Position numbers and translations under genes: made by a program. A DNA stretch of 55,367 nucleotides from Girardia tigrina (taxonomy: Eukaryota). The stretch lies in the NCBI GenBank assembly GCA_001938485.1, contig MQRK01204999.1, forward strand, positions 1-55,367, read 5' to 3'. Numbering within the stretch: the stretch's first letter is position 1; each line of letters opens with the position of its first letter. Shown piece after piece: positions 12,670 through 26,214 of the stretch. A model generated the notes under the pieces. It did no database searches, was not told the DNA's origin, and saw only the letters and a list, made by a program, of their open reading frames with translations.

Positions 12670-12985
12670 CGTTTCGTATTTATCTGTATGAATTTAAATT
12701 ATGTTTTTATTCAATCATTATTTAAACAGATTTTCAAAAAGTTTATTTTGTTTAAATTCTTAACAGAAAGTATCATTATTTCTTCTATTACTATATTGTT
12801 GAAATCCCAAATGTTAAGTTTTACAAATATTTTTAAAAAAATTAAAAAAGTTGTATAATATTTGGGATTTAAGCAATATAGTAATAGTAGAAATAATGAT
12901 ACTTTCTGTTAATAATTTAAACAAAAATTTGATATATTTCAATTTTAGATAATTTCTGTAAGAATTTATACAAAAATAGAAATAA
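12670..12985. repeat. foldback inverted repeat (MITE-like)
   Basis: 12745-12815 is the near reverse complement of 12856-12928; the two opposite-strand ORFs there share KFLTESIIIS.ITILLKSQ. Confidence 0.8.
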
Positions 12986-14044
12986 TGTGTAGGCTCTCTG
13001 GTCGGGACTCTTATGTAGGGCGATTTTGTCGGGGTACCATATATATACACGTATATATATATATATATATATAAATTACAACAACAAAAGAATTAGCTGT
13101 CACCATAGATTCATCACTTTTTAGCACATATATATTTGTTTATTTGTATATTTATATTACAAAAACTTAGTTTGAAATGTAAGAGTTTTCTTTTAAACAG
13201 ATTAGTTGAAAGTAATGCTTCAATATTAATTTTAGGATAATGAGATCATATTAATAATACCTTTCAAATAACTCTCTCACAATATATATTAAAACCACTG
13301 CATAATGCTTTCATTTTTTAAAATACAATTTTATTTTTACTCTTTTAGTAATAATATCACCGACTTTTGTTCCACTAAGTTCATTATCTCTTGATATTTG
13401 TGAATGACAGAACGATTACTTGAAGTTTATGTAATTATTATTTTTACTATTTAAAACAGTGAGCATCGTTTTAAAAAGTTGCCTTAAAACGATAGAGATT
13501 CTATCAAACATAACAATTACTGAAAATACAATTTCTAATTTATGAATTTAGTAATTTATAATTTATAATTATAATATTATTTATATCATTTTATAAAAAT
13601 ATTTAAAAAATCTGTTTGTATCATTTACTTTGTCAAAATAAATTAATAATTCTTCAATCAATATTTCATGGTTTTCATACAAACTTTCATAATTAAAATT
13701 TATTCCTTCATAAATTAAAGCAAAAAATGGATTTTGTTTAATATTTAAAATTTTATTTATATGAAATTCATATTTTTATTTTATATTATTTTTTTGTAAT
13801 TATATTGAATTTGTTTTATTTAAAATGTTTTTAAAGAAATTGACACCTGTTAAAATTATATTTTATTTTTAAAAATTAATATTTTTCCTATACTTATTTT
13901 TTATTACTTAGTTGTTTATTTGTAGGTAATAAAAATTAAATAATTTTTAAATCAATTATAAATCTTTATATTAAAAATTTAAAATATTTAAAATTAAACA
14001 TTTTTTATTTCTTATTTAGGATCTAAAACTAATAACTACATCTT

Positions 14045-14775
14045 TAATAATAATGAAAAGAAAGACGAGTTTCTTGAAATTTTTTGATAATACAAATCAG
14101 TTTTTCATTATGGCATCTTCAGTGTATATAGTCTGATACAACGCTACTTTTGAGTCATTTTATAATGATGATTGAATATGCAAAATTTCTATTAATCTAA
14201 AATTACCGTACGCCAAGAGAGCAAATGAGTTTAAACGATTCATATCTAGTCAAATCTCTGTAGGTGTAAAATTAGAGGTTACTTTTTCGAAAAAATAAAT
14301 ATCGAAACTTTTTCCATAAATAAAAATTCAATTCTGTATTAAGGCAAATCTGGTTTATAAATTCACATGTGAAAAATTGTGAAACTCTGCACATTAAGTC
14401 GCAATCTTCACTCTACATTTGTAGAACATACTCCATATGATCAATATTAACAAATTTCAAGGTAGACATTGATGATTAAGATAAAGATGTTAGAGTGATT
14501 TTGAATAATTTTGACAAAATTTATGAAATGATTCGCTAAAAGTACAGTTAATAAAGCATCATTTATTCAAAGCATCATAAACTGTACTTAACTGGACAAG
14601 GTTTTTCATGTAATCACACAAAAGTGTATAAAAGAATGTTTTTGAGATGTTTAGTTTTTCAAAAACATAAAAATGTAAACTAATCACTTTATTTCATTAC
14701 ACTGAAGATGCCTTAATGTCGAAACTGGTTTGTTTAGTTCATAAATTTAATGAGGAATGGCCTTTTCATTTTTAA
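14045..14775 (+). mobile_element. 5'-truncated Penelope-like element with inverted pLTR copy
   Basis: KLPYAKRANEFKRF and KANLVYKFTCE.C (GIY-YIG entry); hammerhead motif at 14698-14734 (+) and its inverted copy at 14091-14126 (-). Confidence 0.72.
14698..14734 (+). ncRNA. minimal hammerhead ribozyme motif in Penelope pLTR
   Basis: taca-CTGAAGA-tgcc-ttaat-gtc-GAAA-ctgg-TT-tgt; the inverted copy keeps stem I taca/tgta. Confidence 0.6.
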
Positions 14776-15708
14776 TATGTATAATTTTATAGTAAAAATT
14801 AAAATAAAAATAAATATAATTATTTTTAATTTAATATTTAGATTTTTTAAAATTAACTTTTTAACGTTTTTAATTTAAATTGTTGATGTAATAATAAAAT
14901 CATTTTTAATTAAATTATATAATAATACAATTTTTTTCCAAAGAAATGCGTTACATTTTGATGCAGTTTTGATTTTTCTTTAATTAAAATTTAAATGTAT
15001 TCTTTATAATATAAAATTGATTATGATAATAATTCTTCTTCACTTGCCATAAAAAACCATCCAATATATGTAGAAATTAAAATTATTTCTTTTAAGTTTT
15101 TTAAACAATTATCTTTTATCAGTAATCGTTTTTTCATACAAAACTATTCAAGCTTTCTAAATGATTAAAATGATTCTTTTTAGTGGCTTCGTAAAATTAA
15201 TCTTGAAGTGACCATGCGTGGAAATCATTACGAATTTTTAGGTTATAAATAAATAAATATACATAAATTAAAATCTAAGTTTTATAACTTCTTTTAATCC
15301 ATTGACTTTAATTATTAAACTTTTTATCTTATATATATTTTTTGATTAATTACAATTTTCAAGTCTAGTCTATTAGTTGAGTAGTGGTTTAGATATTTTT
15401 TCTTATTAAAAATCTTTTATTGATCATATAAAATATTATGTTACAAAATCAGAACTTATTATGAATAAACACTATTTAGGATTTTCCGTTTCATATTTTG
15501 CATTTCAAGGGCTTTTAAATAAGTCATATGATTTTTTGGATTATTTTACTATGAAATGGTTTTTTTCACTAAAATTATACCAGGTGCTTTTTCTAATTTA
15601 TATTTTAAAATAAATAATTACCAACACTTATAAACAATTATAATTCAGAAATCAAAAGTTTTCATCTAACATAGATCATACATTGACAATAACGGTATGC
15701 TACAGTAG

Positions 15709-16680
15709 CACTGATGTATAACCGTTTCAAGGGGTCTTTACTAATTGAAGGTTGCTGATTTCAGAAATAGCAAAAATATTGTTCTGGTACCCTTAGTTTT
15801 CTTACAAAAAACTTTTAATTAAATTTTATTTAATCATTTTTTGAAGTAACCATGAATGGGCTTGTAAATTTTTATGATTGTAGAGTCAGTGAGAAAGCTA
15901 AAAAATATTATATGCTCAGTTTTCTTAATTTTCTTGTAATTCGATAACTTTATCGAAATTATATTACATTACCTGTAGTCCCTTACATAATTATGTAAGA
16001 CATGCGCATTGTTCATTATGTTATTAATTTTTAATGTCTCAAGATAATAAATATTTCACTTTAAGAGTTGGAATCACAATAAATATAAAGTTTTGGAAGT
16101 TTAGAACTCATTTTGTTTAAACAGTTTGATATTACGAAAGTTAATGAAAAGTACGAACATTTCTGTTATATCTATTATATATACGAGTTTTATTTTGGAT
16201 GCAAAATTTGCAACGATCGTAGTTCTTGGATTCCTTAGATCTAGTCAGAACTTTGTAGTTACCGTCTTGGAATAATGTTAAGATGTTCTTGTTCTTCAAT
16301 ATCACATAGTGTTCCTTTAATCTATCAAAGATTGTTTCTTTTGTCTGAAAAATGTATCTGGGTTTTTATATTAAATTAGGTAATTGCTTCAATATTTAAA
16401 TATTATTTCAATAATTAGAGCACTAATCAACGTTCCTCCAATAAGTTACGCGATACATAGAGAGCATGAAATAAAACCTCAATCCACGATAACAAGGACA
16501 GTAAAACATTGGTTGGTCATCATTTCCAAGCTTGAGTTTCAATAGTAACTTCCTTTATTAGTCAATCAGAATTAACTGATCTCATCCGAGACTTGATTTT
16601 GTCTATGAGACAAACTGAAGTGTTGGATTCAAGACCTGGTAAATGGAAACCGTTAGCTCATTGTACAAAACATTCAATTT
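15709..16680 (+). mobile_element. Chapaev3 (CMC)-like transposase remnant
   Basis: Fragments FCYI, YEFYFGCKICNDRSSWIP, KDCFFCLKNVSGF, ISQSELTDLIRDLILS..QTEVLDSR..KW match the Chapaev3 N-terminus as I recall it; putative CACTG left end at 15709. Confidence 0.6.
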
Positions 16681-17839
16681 AATTTTCTATCATACTATAT
16701 CAAAACGGTACTAATTCTCAAAGAGTATTAGTTGTTGATTGATAACATACGTATTAATTTTGCTTCTATATCAGTATTACAAAAAATTGAAAAGATTTAT
16801 ATTGTCGCGAAATTGATATGGTTTCTTTTTTTAATTTTTTTTACATTTATTTCGTATTAAAATAAAAGAGATGTAAAATAGAAATTTAATTTTGTTGACT
16901 GATATTGATTCCATATTTAAAACAATAATTCCAAAAATAAATGGTTGAAATTAGTTCACAAAAGAACTTATTCGGTGAGCTTACTGTATGAGACTCTTTA
17001 TAATTATTAATTCTAGACTTTCTTAGTAACTATAAATAATACAAATGTTGGTACAATTAATTCATTTTTAATGTCAAACTACACGGTTTATATATCTTTT
17101 AATTTTTCAAAACTGTTTTAATTTCAACTTTCGAAATTCGACGAAAATCTCACACAGCTCCTTCAAAACTCTCTAATGGGAAAATCTGACCACTATTGCA
17201 TACCACTAGTTGGTGACAGTATTAAAAATAAAACAATGTTAATCTTAATTTGGACGAGACAATATGTACCTGTTTATAAAGTTACGAGTTGTCTTATCAA
17301 AGTTATAAGCGTATTATTAATCAACATAATACTATCTGTTAGTTGCGTTCATATCGTTTTTAAAATTCGAATGATAATTCATAATTCTCAAAATTTTATT
17401 AATGATATTACAAAAAATTTAAACAAATTTTCATCTCTTTATCATTTAAAATTTTTGTCATTGAAATTTTAGTTTCTCCCTTTTTTTAGAAAAAATCGAA
17501 TTTTGCCAATTTCATTTATTTAGTTAATCCTTTTTTCTTTTAAATTTTAAAATTATTACAATTGTTTTTTTAATTAAATTATTAGATTTAAAAATAAGTT
17601 ATTGTTTTTAATTAAATATTTTAAATTGTGTTTTTATTTATCTCATGTCTTTTATTTCATTTATTAAACATTAATTTCACTTGGATTTTTGTATTATTCA
17701 TTTTTTTATGTTTTTTAAATATCTTTTTACTAGAAAAAGACCAGTCATATATGATGGGTGAGCTGAATTTTCGACTTTGAAAGTTTCTGTTTTAATTTTT
17801 AAATCGTAATTATTATAATTTATTATTTATTGTTTCGTA

Positions 17840-18730
17840 TTCTGCGTTGATTTAACAGTCAGTCAAATAAATCGGCTCCCAGGGCCCTTCGGCAAAGGTG
17901 CTATACAAACAGAACCGTCTCGATGCGGACTATACAGAGTTATCTCAACTTTAGCGGATTCACTCACTGTTCCTCCACTATTTCGTATTTTATCAGCATA
18001 TATATGATCATAGTACAATTTGAGCTTGACCGACAAACCGTGAATCAGATAATAACGAAATTTTACAAATTTAACGTAAATTAATTTTTAGAAATATAAT
18101 TAGTAAATAAGCGATAGAAATCGTCATTTATCAAATAAATTAGTATTTTATTATTATTTTCATAAAATTTTTCACGAACTTCTTTGAAGGAATCATCATA
18201 ATTGTCATTATTCGAAATCGGTGTTAATTTAACCATTTAACGACTTGTACGTCGATTTTTCATCGATTTAGTCGGCTTCTGGGCGTCTTTTGGCGAAAGC
18301 GCTACAACAAAAGAATTGTATTGATGCGGGCTATTCAGATTGACCAACGTCTTAAATGGATTCACTTCGGTTCCTCCGCAATTTTGCATTTTATTTGTTG
18401 ATAATTTTCTTAATAACGAAAATTTTTAATTTCTACAAAATTGATTTTCAGCAATATAATTAGTATTTTATTAGTAAATAAATTAAATTTTAATTAGTAA
18501 ATAAATGATAAAAATCGTCATTTATCAAATAAATTAATATTTTATTAGTATTATCATAAAAAATCCTTGTAAGAATCATCAAAATCGTCATTATACGAAA
18601 TCAGTGTTAATTTAACCATTTAACGACTTGTACGGTTTTCGATCGATTTCATCAACTTCCGGGCGTCTTTCGGCGAAGGCGCTGCACCGACAAAATTGTA
18701 TTGATGCGGGCTATCCAGATTTTCCACAAT
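17840..18730. repeat. ~380-400-bp tandem repeat, about 2.3 copies
   Basis: Anchor gatgcgg at 17922, 18323 and 18703; ccatttaacgacttgtacg at 18233 and 18616. Confidence 0.85.
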
Positions 18731-18829
18731 CTTTATCTATCTATTTTAATGGTGTGGAATTTTGCTATTTCAAAATATCCTAAACAGTATAAGTATTAAC
18801 AAATTTCGGTTTTTTTCTTTGCGATTTCA

Positions 18830-19150
18830 CAAACAATGCCTATGTCAGAGGTCAAACGAAAGTATATGGTAGTTTAGAAACAAGAATTTTAGATCGCTCG
18901 GTCTGACAATATTCCTCAGTTTCTTATGCTGTGAAGAAGTTTAAGGAAAAGAAAAATTGAACAATTTGGATAAGTCAGGAAGGCCTAAGCATAATAAATA
19001 CAGAAAATAATTTATGAATGAGTTGTGTTGCTAATTTATTGTATTCATCTTCCAAAAGAAAACAAGAGTGTCATGAATTAAACATTTCCAAGCCAACTAT
19101 ATAGAGAAGATAAGTGGAAAAATTTAGCCTTCATTCTAGATGACCTAAAT
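18830..19150 (+). mobile_element. Tc1-like transposase N-terminal remnant
   Basis: SYAVKKFKEK..LNNLDKSGRP (paired-like HTH, GRPR-like motif). Confidence 0.55.
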
Positions 19151-20620
19151 TAAACTAATTTAATGGAGATATACAAATTCACAGAACTCCCACTTCAATA
19201 ATTAAAATCTTTTATTAAATAATATTTGTCATTATTAACCAATAACATTTAAATTTACGATAATTTGGTATTATTTTACCATTTTCATTATGTAAGGATG
19301 AATAATTATAAACAATCTTTATTATAATAAATACATATTGATATTTATATTTAAAAAAGATTCACAATATTTTTATTAATTCTTAATAATTTTATTTATA
19401 ATTTTATTTTTTATATTAATTTCATTATTAAAATTTTGTGTGTAATTATGAGTTCTAATCTTGAATCAAACATTATCGAAGATAATGCCAATATTTTATT
19501 TTTAAATAACTATTAAATTTTTATTAAAATATTATAAATTATTTGGCGAATTGCAAACTTTAATAACTCATAAGCCCAATCCTTATTCCTTTATATATTG
19601 GTTATTGTTAGTATGAAACTTTTCCAAACAATAAATTATGAAGATATAGCATTAATAAATCCATCGAGATAAAATTATTATTTTAAATTCTGACTATTAT
19701 TATTCAAAAAAGTATTTAATGAAGTAAATGATAAAAAATTATCGTGGTACATGTTTCCATCTGCTTTATTTATCATCAGCAATTAGTGATTTCTTAAATT
19801 AAATAAAATTAAAAATGCATTAAAAACATATTTTTAGAAACAAATTTTTATAAAATTTTATTTTATTTTAGACCATAAAAAATTGAAAAACAACAATAAA
19901 ATTATTTAATATTGAGTCTTTATTTTTCAATTTTTGGATACTAATTGATGAGTTACAGTGCCTGATCAAGAATGATTGACGAAATCGTTCATCATTTACT
20001 TTAAATTTATTATTCAACCGTTTACAAAATATTATTTGTTATGCTAATATGTTTACGATTTCATCATTAGTTTGAAAATAAAGTATAAAATAGTTCATTT
20101 TTATTCGAAACTCAATACTGAGATTGTTGAATTTTTCCTTTTTTCATGTTTTTCGTTTCTGAAATTTTTAAAATTTGTTAAAAATTGAAAGTTGTTTTTA
20201 TTCGTACACAATTTTGTTTGAAGCCTTTCTATTATTATTGATGGTAAATGACAGTAATCTTAATGAAATCTAATTTTGGACTTAAACTTGTCTTTTTACG
20301 AGAACAAAAAACGGAAAACTTGGTTTGAGCAAAATTTCTAGGTTGTATTATGAAAGAAAATATACGTTTTTAGGCTTCAGAAAGGACCGTAGCCTACGGA
20401 GCAGATAATCCATCTATGACTGATTTGTTAGAAAACCAGAGACCACAAAAGAATAATTTGTCAAAATTTTATATATTTCAAAAAAAGCTTTTGACAGCGC
20501 ATTATGACACACTATTAATAAACATAACATAGGGTAACATATTACGAAAATTATTAAGAGCCTTTACGAAGACTCAAAGACAAAAGTGTTGACAAGTGAG
20601 CAATTTAGCGACTGGTTTAA

Positions 20621-20853
20621 CCCTACAATGCGCCGTGATTCATATTTGAATTAACCATATTTTACCTCAATATCTTTTAATCACGTGATATTCTTTACTG
20701 TGAACCAAAAACATTGTCTATGGAATGATAACTGCCCATAAAGTCATAGATGCAATATATTTTGTCAACAAAAATGACAGTTCAGTTTGTAATACTGGCC
20801 GCGTGTGTTGCATATATTTTTTATGATAATTAAAAAAATTGCGCATTGTAGGG
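20621..20853. mobile_element. piggyBac-type MITE (233 bp)
   Basis: TTAA on both sides; perfect 13-bp TIR ccctacaatgcgc / gcgcattgtaggg; interrupts the RTE RT. Confidence 0.92.
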
Positions 20854-21667
20854 TTAAATCATAAGTAGGAGTAAGACAGGGTTGCATTCTTTCACCAACA
20901 CTGTTCAACCTTTTCAATGAGAGAATTGTTATGGAAGCAATAGACTATCTAGACGATGTTTGCATAAGCTACGGATGAACAAGAATAACAAACCTACGAT
21001 TTGCTGACGACATAGACCTAATCGGTAAAGACGAGTTAGAGATTCAGTAACTTACGAATAGATTGCACAAAGCGTCAAATAAATTTGGAAAGGAAATCAA
21101 AAGACAAAAAGCAAAATCATGGTTTCAGAAACTATAACAATAAGAATAAACTGGAGATCGACATTGAAGGGGAGAAGCTGGAACATGTTAAGAGTTTCAA
21201 ATACTAAGGCTCTACTATCACAGAGAAAGGGGGAATCGAAGAAGAAATCAGAAGTCGCATTGGTATTGCAACAAGTGCAATGATTAAGCTTAGTACAGTT
21301 TTTAACATCAAAGAAATCCATCTCAAAAGTAGAATAAAGATTGTTGGGAGCGTTCATAAAATTTAAAATTTTTGAATCTTATCAAATTATTAAATAAACA
21401 ATTACATTCCGTAAAATATTATTATAAATATGTTAAAATAAGATTTTTAGAAATTTAATGTAAAAAATTAATTTAAGTAAGAAATAAAATAAATTTTACG
21501 GTAGGGTTATTAAAAGATTTATGTAAATATTTATTATAAAGTAAAAAAAGTTAATTTTAAATTTGATGAAAATATTTAATTGAAATAAAATAAAAAGTTT
21601 GATATTTTATATGTGAAATAAAAGTAAACTAAACTATTTTTGTAACTTTTAAATCAAAGTAGATTAA

Positions 21668-21890
21668 AAATGTAATTATAATTTTCTTTTTGGAAATGGT
21701 AATTGGAATTAAAAAAATAATAATCGTATAACAAATAAATCGACTTAATTGAAAAATACGATTTTACTTTTATTTCTAAAATGTAATTATAATTTTATTT
21801 TTGGAAATGGTAATTGAAATTAAAAAAAATAATTGTAAAACCATTAAATCGACTTAAATGAAAAATGCGATTTTAATTTTATTTTGGAAA
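21668..21890. repeat. ~111-bp tandem duplication
   Basis: aaaatgtaattataatttt...ggaaatggtaatt...aaatcgactta...cgatttt occurs twice. Confidence 0.85.
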
Positions 21891-23219
21891 CAGGTAAATT
21901 TAAATGTACCATAAAATTGAAAAATTAATAAAAGACGCAACAAAATCTTTGTGACAAAATTTTAATTCACTATAATTTTTTATTAAAAAAAATAAAGAAT
22001 TTTAATTTGTAAAAAAATATACTAACCTTATTTTTATTTATATCTATTTTTATTTATAATGGTTGTGTAAAAAGAAAGTGTAAAAGTTCCTAAAAAAATA
22101 TTTGTTTAAAAAAATTCAAATTGTTATAGAAATAAATTTTTGTGTTCATGATAATGTCTTTTGAGCAAGAAAGATAACTAAATTTATTGTCTGGGAAACA
22201 TTCCTCTATGGATGCGAGAGTTGGAAAATAAATCAGAAGAGCATGGATAGACTTAAAGTGTTTGAAATAAAGTACTACAGTTGAATGATGAAGATCACGT
22301 AGAAAGAAAAGAAGACAAACAACTTTGTTTACAGGAGAGTGACAGAAGTACTAGGTAAACAACCGGAATCAATAGAAGAGAACATCAAGAGAAGGAAGCT
22401 GAAATTCTATGGATATCAGATAAGATAACAAGCATTAGCAAAGGTTATGATTGAAGGAAGAGAGGAAGGAGAAAGACCAAAGAGACAATGGATAGACGAT
22501 TTAAAAGAAGGGAGTGGATTGAATAGGGAATGTCTGAGAAAAGAGGCTACAAATAAAGAAATATGGTGAATGCTTGTGCATTATTGGGTGCACCCACGGC
22601 CCAATGGCTAAGGTCAAAAAGAAAGAAGAAGAAGTTTAACCATAACTCTAGCATACAGAATTAAAAACATAATTATGAATTCCTTCTCGATCGTTGTGTG
22701 CCTAGAAGCCTTTTAATTTTTCTTGACTTCAAATGGGGTCGCATTTCACAGCATGTGAAGCACTGATTAAATGATTAAATAACTTTAGAGTTTTAACATA
22801 TGATAAACATATTGACATATGAGTTCAAAAATTTGTCTACTGCAATACTTAACACTAGTTGATCGCACATAAAAGTCAAAAGAAAATTATGAAAACGATT
22901 GTATAAAAGTTACTATAAAATTTATTATGAAATCCAAACCCTTTAGAAGTGATAAGTAAGCTGTCCCTGAAGATATAAAAGTCTGAAGTGATTTTTGAGT
23001 TTTCACAAATAATAAAATCTAAAAAAAATAAACCAAGCCGATAATGTCGCAATAATAAAACCGTTTATTTCATTACTTCATTTAACTTAAGCACTAAAAT
23101 ATTTATATTCAATGAAAATAGTGTAAATATTCAACAATAAATACGAATCAACAAAATCGTCATTCTAATTTAATCTTAGAGTAAAATAAAATATTTATTA
23201 AATTGACTTTAACTCTACA

Positions 23220-23269
<50 letters not shown>

Positions 23270-24749
23270 CCTCAAAATATCTTTCACTCAATTTTATTCC
23301 ATCAACAAATTTTTATTAAAATTTGAGTAATATTAAAATATCCAAAATTTATATTTAAAAAAACCCTGATAGTTCATATATGACCTATCAATCTTGGATA
23401 ATAAACCTTTCTAAAATTTTATTTAATTGATGAGGTTTTATTGTTTATCTAAAATCCATTTGTCGTAAGTATTCGATTAATGTTCAGTTGTATAATGAAA
23501 CAGATAAAATTAAATTTGAAAAAAATGTAAAAATGTGAATCTATTCAAGTAGTCTTGTTGAGGAATATGTTAATGATGATTAACTGATAGGTACAAGTAC
23601 ATCGCAAATATTACCCCCCCCCTACCAGTCGACAAATATGCAACTATCGCAGTCAGCACCATGTCTGCCGAAATCCCGACTAAAATTACTCATCAACAGA
23701 CAAAGAAAAGCGAAATGTTTTCAAAAATCTTGTTCTCTTTTTTTCTGCTATAACAATCTTATTTTATTTAATGTCTATTCGTATTTTCCCACTTTTGTGT
23801 CACAAATTGGATCAAAATACCCGAAATGAAATTGAATATATTTGGGAGTGACTTTCTACAAGTGAAATAAATCTGAGTAATTAGTATTTTGAAAAATATA
23901 TTTGAAAAAATAGCATGTAACGATTAAATTTTGTTTAAAAAAGAAACAGTTTTTATTATTGGTAGGGAAATGTGTCAGTTACAACACGGATAATGTGGGA
24001 TTATATACTTTTATACAAGCGCATATATGTATAGTTTAATAATTACAACATTTGACTTTAATGTGTTTTTGTTTGGTATATAATGCGGAAATGTGTTTTT
24101 ATCATATATTGTTTTTGGTTTTATCGTTCTTTTTCCATTTACAAGAATAAAATTATAGGAAGAGAAGAACATTTAAAATCATTACTTGTCAGCAATATCT
24201 ATACTCTTAATAATGAATTGTAATGTTTTATTAACAATTGATATTTAGGATTCCCATTAAAATCTTTATAGAGATCACATTTTAAAATAAAAGCTTTTTT
24301 TAAAAAATCATGTAGAGTAAAATATGGTAAATAATATACGTATTTGCTTCGCATCTGAGGATTATTCATTCCTTGAACAATAAATTGCCATATTTAAGAA
24401 TATAAGCGGTTCTCAACTCCTATGGCCCTAAAATGTGTATGAAAGTTCAAATTTACGAAAGTAGAGATATGAACAACATCAAATAATGTTTTTAAAATAT
24501 TTATTTTTCGAAGAAGTGTATTAGAATAAAAATATTTTTTTGGTTGGTGTCTGTTATTTTATTTCTTAATTTATCAAAAGGTAACTGAATTTTAATTTAA
24601 TTTTACTTTTCTTGATAAAACGAAAAGTTAAGGACCACTTGTACTTTGAAAATAGAGTTTAGATTGATTCATTGTCCTGTTAGCTTACTTTGAGTAAACA
24701 AACGATTAGTTTAATAAAAACTATTATCAATAAGTTTAATCATTTCAAC

Positions 24750-25480
24750 AAGAAATTATGGACAACTCTGAGTGTTATTGAGATAAATTAATACATTTTC
24801 AACATTCAATATCTTTCAAGTCTTTTTTGAAATGTTAATCAATCGAAAATTTGATATAGAATGAATCATGGTTGATCGATTCGATTCTTAGATGGTTTAT
24901 ACAAATATAATTAATCAATTGTTAACATATTAGGAAAATCTGGCGGTTTGATGCTCTTAGACGTAATGTTTTTTTAACGATATCATAAGAAAAATTGAAA
25001 TTCCACTGCACTTTTATGTTCCATACAGTAGGCGTGAGTCTTTTTGTAATGTTCTCGTTTAATTTTGTGTTTTTGAACACCAAAAGGAGGATTATGCTTG
25101 AAATTACACAGGGAATTATTCGACTCCAACTACAACTGTACATTGGTTATTAATGTTTCAAAGTTGCACCTGAAGTCTATAAATCAGAACCTCTATCTTT
25201 TGCATGACAATGCATCAATACTTACTGTTTACCGAACCATTGAAGAAATTGACAGAAACTGCTTGGTATTTCAAATATACCTTAGAGTCCTGATTTGGCT
25301 GCGAGGGATTATTTCTAGCTTAATCACTTAAAGAAACATTTTTGATGACGAAGGGAATCTAACGAGGGTTGTAGACGATTCTTTTTCTTTGAAAAGGATG
25401 TATCTGTATTCTAATAGTTTTTTTCTCTTGTTATCGATGGAAACGTGATTTTGTCATCTTACCTGCATTATTTCCTTGAT
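24750..25480 (+). mobile_element. highly degenerate mariner
   Basis: LLHDNASIL and SPDLAARDYF motifs at 25195-25315. Confidence 0.65.
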
Positions 25481-26214
25481 ATAAATACAAAGTTTCAGTT
25501 CTTTGTGAGTATATTTTTGTACGAATCTTTCTATACTTTATTTAAACAATAACGACCTCTGAAATCCAGAATGTATCTATGCAGTTTTGTAATCCACATA
25601 GAGTACCATCAGAATAATGTATTTTTTGAAAACAGAAAGTTTTCAACACATTCTTTTCCTATGTTTCAATATTGTTTGTATTCCACTCCATTAAAGTATT
25701 CCTGGTGTAGGGGGTATGGTCAACTCAACCAATTGTGAGTTACGTTGATCTGTGTTTACGGCATTGAATTTTTTTGACACTCAATAAATATAAGTTATAT
25801 TTTTAATAATTTTTGGATAATCGTTCAGTTTAAAAATGATCGGAAACGTTGATTTTGATGTTATTTAAATTGTGTTAGATGTAACTACGATTTGTTACTT
25901 TTGATTGATTAAATTTATGTTATTTTCTGAAAGCAAATCATTTAGTTCATAAAGTCATGTATTACATACAAATTAATTTTAAAGTAAAAATGTATTATTT
26001 ATATGTATTTTTTAAGACCTATAACTTTTGATAATATGTATCATATATACTCTAGTGTAAAGTCATTTTTTTATAACACGAGTGATAAAAATACACTTGA
26101 AATTAAAGAAAAGATTTCAAAAATTATTTTTTTGAGTAAAGGTAGCCCCAATTATTGAAAAACCTTCTCAATATTTGTCCACACTTTATTCTGAAAGTAG
26201 TTTATCAATGTTAA

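Larger units (their letters stand above)
20280..22634 (+). mobile_element. RTE-clade non-LTR retrotransposon, 5'-truncated and interrupted
   Basis: GFRKDRS, GVRQGCILSPTLFNL, ITNLRFADDIDL, FLYGCESW, GERPKRQWIDDLK; 3' (GAA)n tail ending ~22634; stops and frameshifts. Confidence 0.9.

Noticed and set aside
13200-13490. Possible further Penelope GIY-YIG relic on the minus strand
   Set aside because: Only vague peptide resemblance; too decayed to call.
19935-20000. Hammerhead-like ttgatga-gtta...tgac-gaaa-tcgt-tc
   Set aside because: Core C missing and stem I unconvincing; no linked Penelope sequence recognised.
23560-24000. Possible transposase remnant (likewise 27850-28450, 30740-31000, 46300-46660)
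   Set aside because: Higher complexity than the flanks but no motif I can assign with confidence.
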